From an uncultured Gammaproteobacteria bacterium (GTDB lineage Bacteria > Pseudomonadota > Gammaproteobacteria > CAWCPV01): a stretch of 64,000 bases of DNA. A program made the position numbers and the translations under genes. The DNA lies in the NCBI GenBank assembly GCA_963797555.1, contig CAWCPV010000014.1:64001-128000 (forward strand). The letters run 5' to 3'. How positions within the stretch are numbered: position 1 is the stretch's first letter; each line of letters starts with the position of its first letter. Under the pieces are notes generated by a model. It saw only the letters and a list, made by a program, of their open reading frames with translations, had not been told where the DNA came from and searched no databases. Below, piece after piece: positions 54,729 through 64,000 of this stretch.

Positions 54729-57275
54729 GTGAATCCTATGCCTGACGCGGGTACGACTCTGCAGCGCCACGAGGGCGCGCGGCTGCTGGAAGACTATCAG
54801 CCGGTCCCCGGGACCTACGACGAGATGTGCTCCGAGCCCGGGGCGCTGCGCTCCCACTGGGAGTATTTGGCGCGCTGCCTGGCAACGCTGGGGCCAGGCG
54901 CACTGGTGGAGCGCCGCCAGGAGATGCTGCGCCTGCTGCGGGAAAACGGGGTGACGTACAACGTCTACGGCACCCCCGAGGGGATGGAGCGGCCCTGGGC
55001 GCTGGATCCGATCCCCTACCTCATCACCAGCCGGGAATGGGCGGTCATCGAGCGCGGCCTGATGCAGCGGGCCGAGCTGCTGAACGCCATCCTGGCGGAC
55101 TTGTACGGTCCACGAGATCTGCTCCGCAAGGGCTTTCTCCCCGTCGAGCTGGTCCACGCGCACCCGGGTTTCCTGCGCGCGTGTGTCGGAGTTCCGGTGC
55201 GCGGGCGCCATCTGCTGCTCTATGCCGCGGATCTGACCCGTTCCCCCGATGGTGCCGTCTGGGTGATGGGCGATCGGGCTCAGGCTCCATCCGGTGCCGG
55301 TTATGCGTTGGAGAACCGCATCGTCGTGTCCCGGGTGCTGCCCAGCGTGTTCCGGGATTCCCACGTACACCGCCTGGCGCACTTCTTCCGCACCGTGCGC
55401 TCGGCCCTGGCGCTCGCCTCGCCCCGCCCCCTGGACCCGCCCCGCATAGTCCTTCTGACACCGGGGCCGGGCAACGAGGCCTATTTCGAGCACGCCTACC
55501 TCGCCAACTACCTCGGCTACTCCCTGGTACAGGGGAGCGACCTCACCGTGCGCAACGGCGTCGTGTGGCTCAAGACCCTCGACGGCCTGCAGCGCGTCGA
55601 TGTGGTTCTGCGTCGCCTGGACGATACCTTTTGCGACCCCCTCGAGCTGCGCGGCGACTCCCTGCTGGGTGCACCGGGATTGCTCGCTGCGGCCCGCCTG
55701 GGGAACGTGACGCTCGCCAATGCCTTGGGCAGCGGGGTCCTGGAGAACCCAGGGCTGATGGCGTTCCTGCCGGCCCTCTGCCGAAAAATCCTGGGAGAAG
55801 ATCTCCGCATCCCCTCCGTGGCCACTTGGTGGTGCGGCGGCGACAAGGAGAGAGAGTACGTGCTTGCCAACCTACATCGGCTCGTCGTCAAGCCCGTCTT
55901 TCCCCATCCCGCACGCTGCACCCTCTTCGGCAGCCGCCTGAGCGCCGCCGAGCGCCAGGCACTGGCCGAGCGCATCCGAGCCCGGCCCTATCTCTACGTG
56001 GGTCAGGAGCAGGTGCGCCTTTCCAATGCGCCGGTCTTGGCCGATGCTCGGATGGAGCCGCGGGCCATGGCCCTGCGGACCTTTCTGGTGGCCGGCGAGG
56101 AGGGCTACGCGGCGATGCCGGGAGGTCTGACGCGGGTCGCTGCCAGCGGGGACAGCCAGCTCGTCTCCAGCCAGGCCGGGGGGGCGAGCAAGGACACGTG
56201 GGTGCTGGCCTCGGAGCCCGAGAGGCACGTGACCCTGTTGCCGCCCGCAGGCAGGCCGCTGCCGCTCACGCGCACCGGGGGCGAGGTCCCGTCGCGCGTT
56301 GCCGACGACCTGTTCTGGCTCGGCCGCTATGCGGAGCGCGCCGATCACCTGGCCCGCTTGCTGCGCGAGACGATGCTGTTGTTGCTGGAGCCGGAGACCT
56401 CGGCGCCGGAGCTACAGCTCCCCGTGCTGCTGCGCGCCGTGACCAAGATGACCGCAACCGAGCCCGGGTTCGTGGGAGAAGGCGCGGAACGACGCCTCGC
56501 CGCACCGGAGCCGGAGCTGCTCTCCCTGGTCAACGACGGCGCGCGGGCGGGCACGTTGGCCTTTACCCTGGATGCCGCCGTGACCGCAGGCCGCTCGGTA
56601 CGCAGCCGGCTGTCCGATGATGCGTGGCGCGTCATCAACCGGCTGGGGATGCGGGCGGAGCCCCCGGCAACGCTGGGGCAAGGGGTGGCCATGACCGAAG
56701 GGGCCTTGACGGCCCTCGCCGCCTTCGCCAGCCTGAGCAGCGAGAGCATGAGCCGCGGCCAGGGGCTGCGTTTCTACACGCTGGGGCGGCGCCTGGAGCG
56801 GGCGCTCGACAGCGTCGCGTTGCTGCGCTTCGTGGCGACGCGGGCGGCAGAGGCGGGCCAGCCGGTCTGGGACGTCCTGTTGGCCGTGACCGACAGTGTG
56901 ACCACCTACCGCCGCCGTTACCGCGGGGCGGCCCAGGCAGGTGCGGTCCTCGACCTGGTGCTGTGCGATGAAAGCAGCGCGCGTTCCGTGGCCTACCAGT
57001 TGGCCGCCCTGGAGCGGGAAGTGGGCCGGCTGCCCCGGCGCGGGTCGATTCCACACCGCACGCAGGAGGAGCGGCTCGCCATCGAGGCGCTCGCGGCAGT
57101 CCGGCTGGCCGACGTCGAGCGCCTGGCGGATCTACCGGCCGACGCCGCCGGCCCCGGTGGGTTGGAGCCCTTGCTGGTCCGGGTGGCGCAGCTCGGGTGC
57201 GCTCTCTCGGACGCCATCACGGCGGCCTATTTCAGCCATGCCGAGCTGCCGCAACAACTGGTGAGCCTGGGGTGA
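54729..57275 (+). CDS. CP-ATP-grasp fused to an alpha-E domain
   Basis: APSGAGYALENR, YFEHAYLA, GGASKDTWV, then SRVADDLFWLGRYAERA and GRRLERA. Confidence 0.93.
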   Translation: MNPMPDAGTTLQRHEGARLLEDYQPVPGTYDEMCSEPGALRSHWEYLARCLATLGPGALVERRQEMLRLLRENGVTYNVYGTPEGMERPWALDPIPYLITSREWAVIERGLMQRAELLNAILADLYGPRDLLRKGFLPVELVHAHPGFLRACVGVPVRGRHLLLYAADLTRSPDGAVWVMGDRAQAPSGAGYALENRIVVSRVLPSVFRDSHVHRLAHFFRTVRSALALASPRPLDPPRIVLLTPGPGNEAYFEHAYLANYLGYSLVQGSDLTVRNGVVWLKTLDGLQRVDVVLRRLDDTFCDPLELRGDSLLGAPGLLAAARLGNVTLANALGSGVLENPGLMAFLPALCRKILGEDLRIPSVATWWCGGDKEREYVLANLHRLVVKPVFPHPARCTLFGSRLSAAERQALAERIRARPYLYVGQEQVRLSNAPVLADARMEPRAMALRTFLVAGEEGYAAMPGGLTRVAASGDSQLVSSQAGGASKDTWVLASEPERHVTLLPPAGRPLPLTRTGGEVPSRVADDLFWLGRYAERADHLARLLRETMLLLLEPETSAPELQLPVLLRAVTKMTATEPGFVGEGAERRLAAPEPELLSLVNDGARAGTLAFTLDAAVTAGRSVRSRLSDDAWRVINRLGMRAEPPATLGQGVAMTEGALTALAAFASLSSESMSRGQGLRFYTLGRRLERALDSVALLRFVATRAAEAGQPVWDVLLAVTDSVTTYRRRYRGAAQAGAVLDLVLCDESSARSVAYQLAALEREVGRLPRRGSIPHRTQEERLAIEALAAVRLADVERLADLPADAAGPGGLEPLLVRVAQLGCALSDAITAAYFSHAELPQQLVSLG

Positions 57276-58246
57276 TTTGCTACCGCATCACCCACACCAC
57301 CTCGTACCGGTATAGCGGGACCGTGTCTCTTTGCCACAGCGAGGCCCATTTGGTGCCCCGTCGCGCCGGCAGCCAGCAGCTCCTGACGGCCGATCTGGCG
57401 ACGCAGCCCGCGCCGGCCGTGCGCTGCGATCGCGAGGACTTCTTCGGCAATCCCACGACGTACTTTTCCGTGGAGGTGCCCCACGATGCGCTGGAGGTGA
57501 CTGCTACCAGCGAGGTCAGCGTGATCTCCAACGGCGCCGGTGTGGATCTCACCGACGGACCGTCATGGGAGGAGGCGCGGGGGGCGCTGGCACTGGGTTC
57601 CGGCCAAGATCTCCGGGAGGCGCGCCAGTTCGTGCTGGAGTCGCCGTTCGTGGGCAGGATGCCCGAGCTTGCGAGCTATGCGCAGTCCTCGTTCACCACG
57701 CGCCGGCCCCTGCTGGATGCGGTGCGGGATCTGATGGGGCGTATCCACCGCGAGTTCGCCTACGATCCCGGATTCAGCACCATCGCGACCCCGGTGGAGA
57801 AGGTCCTGGCGCACCGCCGCGGGGTCTGCCAGGACTTCGCCCACCTCGCTATCGGCTGTCTGCGCTCCTTGGGTCTGGCGGCCCGTTACGTGAGTGGCTA
57901 CCTGGAGACGCTCCCGCCTCCCGGCCGGCCGCGGCTTCAGGGCGCAGACGCCTCCCACGCCTGGCTGTCCGCGTTCGTCCCGGACGTGGGCTGGGTCGAC
58001 CTCGACCCGACCAACGACCAGGCCCCCGGCGAGCGCTACGTCACCCTGGCCTGGGGCCGGGACTACGGAGATGTAACGCCCCTCAAGGGCGTGCTTCTGG
58101 GAGGAGGGGACCATGAGCTCACGGTCCGGGTGGATGTGCAGCCGTTGCGGGCTAGCGGTGGACCGGCGCCGGCCGCCCCGCGGGTTCCCTGCGGTGCCGC
58201 GCCATCGGGCGGCTGGGCGCCGCCACCAGGTGCTCTACTGGCGTGA
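57272..58246 (+). CDS. Transglutaminase-like protein with intact Cys-His-Asp triad
   Basis: GVCQDFAH, SHAW, LDPTN, WGRDYGDV; GTG start overlaps the upstream stop. Confidence 0.93.
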   Translation: MICYRITHTTSYRYSGTVSLCHSEAHLVPRRAGSQQLLTADLATQPAPAVRCDREDFFGNPTTYFSVEVPHDALEVTATSEVSVISNGAGVDLTDGPSWEEARGALALGSGQDLREARQFVLESPFVGRMPELASYAQSSFTTRRPLLDAVRDLMGRIHREFAYDPGFSTIATPVEKVLAHRRGVCQDFAHLAIGCLRSLGLAARYVSGYLETLPPPGRPRLQGADASHAWLSAFVPDVGWVDLDPTNDQAPGERYVTLAWGRDYGDVTPLKGVLLGGGDHELTVRVDVQPLRASGGPAPAAPRVPCGAAPSGGWAPPPGALLA

Positions 58247-58738
58247 GCCACGTCGGCCTCCTGCTCGGCCGACGCGTGCCGCTCGAGGCGCTGGCGCAGC
58301 GGCGTGCAGCGTCCAAGGATGTGAGCAGACCGAGAAAGGATGATAACCGTGTCTGACCCCATTGTCTCTGGGCGCGTCCTCGGGAGGCCGCCATGTTCTA
58401 CGCCGCAAACAGTCCGGGCAGCGGGTGTATAATTCCAGGTCGTCGGGAACCGCTGGGAAGACCCGGGCGTTCCCGAGCAGAGCGGGTAGTGGCTACACTG
58501 GGGCATTGGAGTACCCATGGACGCAGCGAGACGCCGGTGGTGCGTCTCGGGAACGGTTGGGACCTGATGGACAACATCGGGCATCGGTAAGACACCGCCG
58601 GATGTTCGGTGCAGCGCTTCAGCGATCTCGTCTCGGCCACCAGACTGCGGAGCCGGGTTAGTGGCTGAGGACCAGCGGGCCGGAGGCGCTCACGGGACGA
58701 CCAAGAGAGTCCTGCGGGCTGTATCCGCGGACATCAGG

Positions 58739-59695
<957 letters not shown>

Positions 59696-59744
59696 CCCGC
59701 ATCGCTCAGCGCCGTCGGCAGGCACCGCCCTGCCGGGCAACTCG

Positions 59745-60482
59745 TCAAAGGGATTGGTGGTTCTCATGGCCCCCGTGCTCCAGATGCGCTCCTGAGTGTC
59801 TCGATGATAGGTTGCCGGCAGCGAGGCTGAGCACCGCGGCCAGCGCGACCAATAGCCCAACAGCCTGCCGTAGCTGACCCTTGGCCAGCAGGCGCGTCAC
59901 GTGTCCGGTGAGGACGCCGGCCCCAACGACGGCCGGTAGCGTGCCCAGCCCGAAGGCGAGCATGTACAAACTGCCCAGGCCGGCGCCGCCCGCGGCCGTG
60001 CTCCACGCCAACAGCGAATACACCAGCCCGCAGGGCAGCCAGCCCCACAACGCGCCGAAGAACACCGCCCGGCTCAGAGAGCGCACTGGCAGCAGGCGCC
60101 GTCCCACGGGCTCCAGCCGGCGCCACAGTGGAGTCCCTAGACCCTCCAAGCGGGCAAATTGTGGGAACCAGCCCGCGAGATAGAGTCCTATCCCGACCAT
60201 CAACACCGCCGCCAGCCCCTGCATGATGGCGTGGCCGGCAGCAGGTCCCAGAGCCTGCATGACGCCCCAGCCTGCACCTCCCGCCAGCGCCCCGGCGAAG
60301 GCGTAGGTCCCGACCCTGCCCGCACTGTATGCCAACGCATAGAGCAACAAACCGGTTCGGCGCGCCCTGATCTCCGGGGAAAGGCTCAGAGTCAATGCGC
60401 CTACGATGCTGCCGCACATGCCGAGGCAGTGCAGCGTGCTGGCGAGTCCCAGCACAAACGCGAGCAGTACGGAACGCTCCAC
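59745..60482 (-). CDS. DsbD_2/TauE-like membrane protein
   Basis: [29 protein letters not shown]. Confidence 0.9.
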   Translation of the reverse strand: MERSVLLAFVLGLASTLHCLGMCGSIVGALTLSLSPEIRARRTGLLLYALAYSAGRVGTYAFAGALAGGAGWGVMQALGPAAGHAIMQGLAAVLMVGIGLYLAGWFPQFARLEGLGTPLWRRLEPVGRRLLPVRSLSRAVFFGALWGWLPCGLVYSLLAWSTAAGGAGLGSLYMLAFGLGTLPAVVGAGVLTGHVTRLLAKGQLRQAVGLLVALAAVLSLAAGNLSSRHSGAHLEHGGHENHQSL

Positions 60483-60937
60483 TATCGCCTACTCCGCCGC
60501 CTCCCGGCCATCTCCTAGTCAGGGCGCGCGCTCTCGACGGGCAGTCGGCAGCCATGGGCCGAGGCGGCATGGCGGCCGCTCACGGGCATTCATCCCTCGA
60601 CGAGGGAGAGCCATAGACGTGCCTGAAACGGCGGAGCGACTCATCAAGGAGCCCGAGGACGCGATTTTGGGAAACCGTTGGGGCGGCATTCGTCGGTGAG
60701 GCCAAACTGGATGGTCGCCGACATCGCTACGGTACCACCCCCCCGTCTCCGTGGGCAACGGCCGCGATCTCCGGCCGGCTTCCCTCGCTGGTCCCTGCGC
60801 CGCGGGGAGACGGGCGGGGCCGGTTGTCACGGGATGCGGGCACTGGGAGCTGGAGTTACATGCCGAGATGGTGTACCGAGCACGGCGCAGAGGTGCCGGA
60901 GGTATTGCCGGGACCCGGAGCCGTGTGAGCAAGCGCT

Positions 60938-60951
60938 TGACAGGCATGTCA
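60938..60951. promoter_or_regulatory. CopR/CusR-box-like palindrome
   Basis: TGACA-ggca-TGTCA, 23 bp upstream of the DUF2946-like start. Confidence 0.45.
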
Positions 60952-60974
60952 GGCGCGCAGCATGCTACTTTGCT

Positions 60975-61295
60975 ATGGTGCATCGCCGCCCTGTCGCCAT
61001 TGTCCTCCTCGCATTCCTGGTGCTAGTCGCCCAGGGGCGCGCGGCGGTGCATCCGCTCTCTCACCTGAGCGAGCCGCTCTCGGGACCGGGGCAGCCCGAC
61101 AAACACCTGCCGCATTCCCACGTATGCGAGCAGTGTGTCGCTCTTGCCCCATTGGGCGGGGCTCTGCCCTCGGTGCCGCAGGTGATCGAGCCGCCGCGGA
61201 CGGTGACTGTGCCCGTGCCGCCGATAGCCCCGCGCATCATTATCTGCCGTATCCGCCGTCCCTATTTCTCCCGCGCCCCACCGCCTCTCGCCTGA
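60975..61295 (+). CDS. DUF2946/CruR-like leader protein
   Basis: Hydrophobic N-terminus, His residues, CEQC, Pro-rich linker, C-terminal SRAPP. Confidence 0.85.
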   Translation: MVHRRPVAIVLLAFLVLVAQGRAAVHPLSHLSEPLSGPGQPDKHLPHSHVCEQCVALAPLGGALPSVPQVIEPPRTVTVPVPPIAPRIIICRIRRPYFSRAPPPLA

Positions 61296-61370
61296 GCCTC
61301 AAAGCCCGTAACGGCAGGCCCCCGATGGGGGGGTCTGTGTGGCCTTGTTGCCTGGCGGTGAGGAAAAACC

Positions 61371-63959
61371 ATGAACCAACGCACCCTGCGGGTGGCGCCT
61401 GAGACTATCGTTTTGCGCCCGTTCCAACCCCGCGAACCGTCGCACGCGCGTCCTCGATTCCCGGTATCGGCCCTGAGAATCCTTTGGTCCTGTCCTCGTG
61501 CACCTTTGGCCCCGATCGCTGATTTACCCAGCGCGTCTCCCATCTCCCGACCCACGCGTGACGGCACACATCTCTCGCGGCTCGCCTTCGCCGCGATCCT
61601 GCGCGCCGGGGTGCCCATCGCAGCGGCGGTTGCGACGATCGCCGCGCCTCAGCTCGCCCTGGCGCAATCCGAGCCGGTTCATGGCGTCGCGCGGGATGCG
61701 TTGCAGCGGCCGCTGGCGAATGTCGGCATCCGCCTGGAGACGCCCGAGGGCAAGGTTGTGGCGCGCACCACGACCGATGAGAACGGACGTTTCTCGCTCC
61801 GCGGCGTGGCGCCAGGCGTCTATTCGCTCATCGGCGACAAGGGCGGCTTCGAAACCGCCACCGCGATCGTGACAGTCGGCGCCAAGGGCGCGTCGAGCGA
61901 TCTCACCCTCGCCTCGAAAGAGGCGCTCGGTCTGCGCGTCACTGCCGAGCGGCTCGCGGCCGCGCGCAGCAATATCCAGCCGCCGATCGGCGCCAGCACT
62001 TATACGCTGAGCCAACAGGCCATCGCGAGCCAGCCTCGCGGGGAGAATACGCCGCTCAATCAAACGCTGTTGCAGGCGCCGGGCGTATCGCAGGATTCCT
62101 TCGGTCAAATCCATGTCCGCAACGACCACGCCAATGTGCAGTACCGCATCAATGGCGTGATCCTGCCCGAAGGCATCAGCTTTTTCGGCCAGAGCCTGAC
62201 CTCGCGTTTCGCCTCATCGATCGACCTCATTGCCGGCTCGCTGCCGGCGCAATACGGGCTGGTCACGGCCGGTGTCTTCGACATTACCACCAAGTCGGGC
62301 GCCTTCGAGCCGGGCGGGTCGGTCGGCATGTACGGCGGCAGCCATGCCTGGCTCGAACCCAGCATCGAGGATGCCGGCTCGGTCGGCAGCTTCAACTATT
62401 ACGTCGCGGGCGACTACCTTCAGAACGACATCGGCATCGAAAATCCGACCGCGTCCTATGATCCGATTCATGATTTCACCCAGCAGGGTCACGGCTTCGC
62501 CTATCTCGAGGATATTCTCGATCCTACCAGCAAGGTCAGCGCCATCCTGGGCGCTTATCACGGGTCATTCCAGATTCCGAACAGCCCCGGCCAGATGCCG
62601 AGCTTTCAATACGGCGGCCAGACCAACTTCGATTCCACGCTGCTCAACCAGAACCAGAACGAGAGCAACGACTATGCGGCGGTGTCCTATCTGAAATCGA
62701 CCCAGGACTACGACTTTCAGATTTCCGCTTACGCCCGCTTCAGCCGCCTTGCCTACTCGCCCGACCAGGTCGGGGATTTGATGTTCTATGGCATCGCGCA
62801 GAACGCAACCCGCGAAGACACCGCGGAGGGCCTTCAGGCCGACAGCACCTATCGCCTGGGCGGCGGCCACACCCTGCGGTTCGGCGCGCAGTTCGGTGCC
62901 GAACACGCGACCTCCGACACCAACTCCCTGGTCTTTCCCTGTTTCAATCCGGACTGCTCGAGCGTCGGCACGAGCCCGGTATCCGTCGCCGACAGCAGCG
63001 CCAAGAACGGGTACACCTATAGCGTCTATCTACAGGACGAATGGAAGGTGCTGCCGAAGCTCACGGTCAATTACGGCGGGCGCTTCGATCTCCTCAACGC
63101 CTACACGAACGCGAACCAGCTCAGCCCGCGCATCAACACCGTGTGGAAGCCCAACCCCGACACCACTTTCCATGCCGGCTATTCGCGCTATTTCACGCCG
63201 CCGGCCTTGGAGCTGATCTCCGGTCTATCCATCGCCAAGTTCGCCGGCACGACCGGCTATCCCGCGGGCTACACGCCGGAATCACCCCCATTGGATTCCC
63301 CGATCCTGCCGGAGCGCTCCAACTATTTCGATATGGGAGTCGACCACGTCTTTCTGCCCGGGCTGAAGCTCGGCGTCGACGCCTATTACAAGCGCGCGGA
63401 CGATCTGATCGACGAGGGGCAGTTCGGCGCACCGATCATCCTCTCGGTGTTCAACTACGCGCAGGCCAACGTTTACGGGGTGGAATTCAGCGGCAGCTAC
63501 AGTCGCGGCAACTGGTCGGCCTATGGGAATCTCGCCGTGGGGCGGGAGTTAGCCAATCAAGTCGATTCGCAGCAGTTCAATTTCAGCCCGGACGACCTCG
63601 CCTATATCGCGGACCACTACATCTACACCGACCACAGCCAATGGGTCACCGCCTCGGGCGGCGTGGCCTACAACTGGCGTGGCACACGCTTCAGCGCCGA
63701 CCTCATCTATGGTTCGGGGCTCAGGGAAGACAGCGATGATGTCCCCAACGGGGGCACCGTGCCGGGTTATGCGCAGGTGAATTGCGGTGTCTCGCACCGT
63801 TTCAAGGATGCGCCGGGCGGGCCCATCGAGCTGAGTCTCAGCCTGGTCAATCTGTCCGACAACATCTACCAAATCCGCTCCGGCTCCGGGGTCGGGGTGT
63901 TCGCACCGCAGTATGGGCCACGGCGCACCATCTACGCCGGGATCCGCAAGTTCTTTTAG
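61371..63959 (+). CDS. TonB-dependent receptor with N-terminal carboxypeptidase-regulatory-like domain; true start may be downstream
   Basis: Plug LLQAPGV..YRINGV; beta-barrel YLQDEW, LSPR; terminal Phe. Confidence 0.92.
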   Translation: MNQRTLRVAPETIVLRPFQPREPSHARPRFPVSALRILWSCPRAPLAPIADLPSASPISRPTRDGTHLSRLAFAAILRAGVPIAAAVATIAAPQLALAQSEPVHGVARDALQRPLANVGIRLETPEGKVVARTTTDENGRFSLRGVAPGVYSLIGDKGGFETATAIVTVGAKGASSDLTLASKEALGLRVTAERLAAARSNIQPPIGASTYTLSQQAIASQPRGENTPLNQTLLQAPGVSQDSFGQIHVRNDHANVQYRINGVILPEGISFFGQSLTSRFASSIDLIAGSLPAQYGLVTAGVFDITTKSGAFEPGGSVGMYGGSHAWLEPSIEDAGSVGSFNYYVAGDYLQNDIGIENPTASYDPIHDFTQQGHGFAYLEDILDPTSKVSAILGAYHGSFQIPNSPGQMPSFQYGGQTNFDSTLLNQNQNESNDYAAVSYLKSTQDYDFQISAYARFSRLAYSPDQVGDLMFYGIAQNATREDTAEGLQADSTYRLGGGHTLRFGAQFGAEHATSDTNSLVFPCFNPDCSSVGTSPVSVADSSAKNGYTYSVYLQDEWKVLPKLTVNYGGRFDLLNAYTNANQLSPRINTVWKPNPDTTFHAGYSRYFTPPALELISGLSIAKFAGTTGYPAGYTPESPPLDSPILPERSNYFDMGVDHVFLPGLKLGVDAYYKRADDLIDEGQFGAPIILSVFNYAQANVYGVEFSGSYSRGNWSAYGNLAVGRELANQVDSQQFNFSPDDLAYIADHYIYTDHSQWVTASGGVAYNWRGTRFSADLIYGSGLREDSDDVPNGGTVPGYAQVNCGVSHRFKDAPGGPIELSLSLVNLSDNIYQIRSGSGVGVFAPQYGPRRTIYAGIRKFF

Positions 63960-64000
63960 CGGGATGTCCGGTCCCATCGAATCACCCTTCGCTGTGTTTT

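Overview
GC-rich proteobacterial chromosome segment (probably gammaproteobacterial, judged from dnaX/recR/orn/pckA). Many indels in accessory genes indicate either gene decay or long-read assembly errors. Layout: (1) 1-~14.2 kb is a decayed island behind tRNA-Ser(CGA), holding a broken P4-type integrase, IS91/ISCR remnants, a LysR-cupin-ADH-AKR module, a phage tail remnant split by a mini-IS200, and a dihydrolipoamide-dehydrogenase-like gene. (2) 14.3-22.5 kb is core: AurF-like oxygenase, tRNA-Ser(GGA), SRP RNA, dnaX-ybaB-recR, phhB, cytochrome c, M48 peptidase, orn and an Atm1-type ABC transporter. (3) 22.6-39.3 kb is a defence-type island: higB'-higA-higA, type III RM res-mod, a tyrosine recombinase, parDE, FRG, DUF4062-TPR and radC. 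(4) 39.3-58.2 kb is a large peptide-ligase/peptidase cluster: two CP-ATP-grasp ligases, alpha-E domains, three transglutaminases, a DUF2126 amidoligase, three M14-fold peptidases, an HPPD-like VOC enzyme and pckA. I read five sigma-54 promoters and NtrC-type enhancer boxes in this block, and two of its enzymes have lost catalytic residues. It is the best candidate for an uncharacterised system. (5) 58.7-64 kb holds a sensor-less sigma-54 activator, a DsbD_2-type membrane protein, and a CruR-like (CxxC/RAPP) leader ahead of a TonB-dependent receptor. A ~110-bp non-coding repeat occurs three times at cargo junctions of the two islands. All family assignments are from motif recognition by eye; no database search was run.
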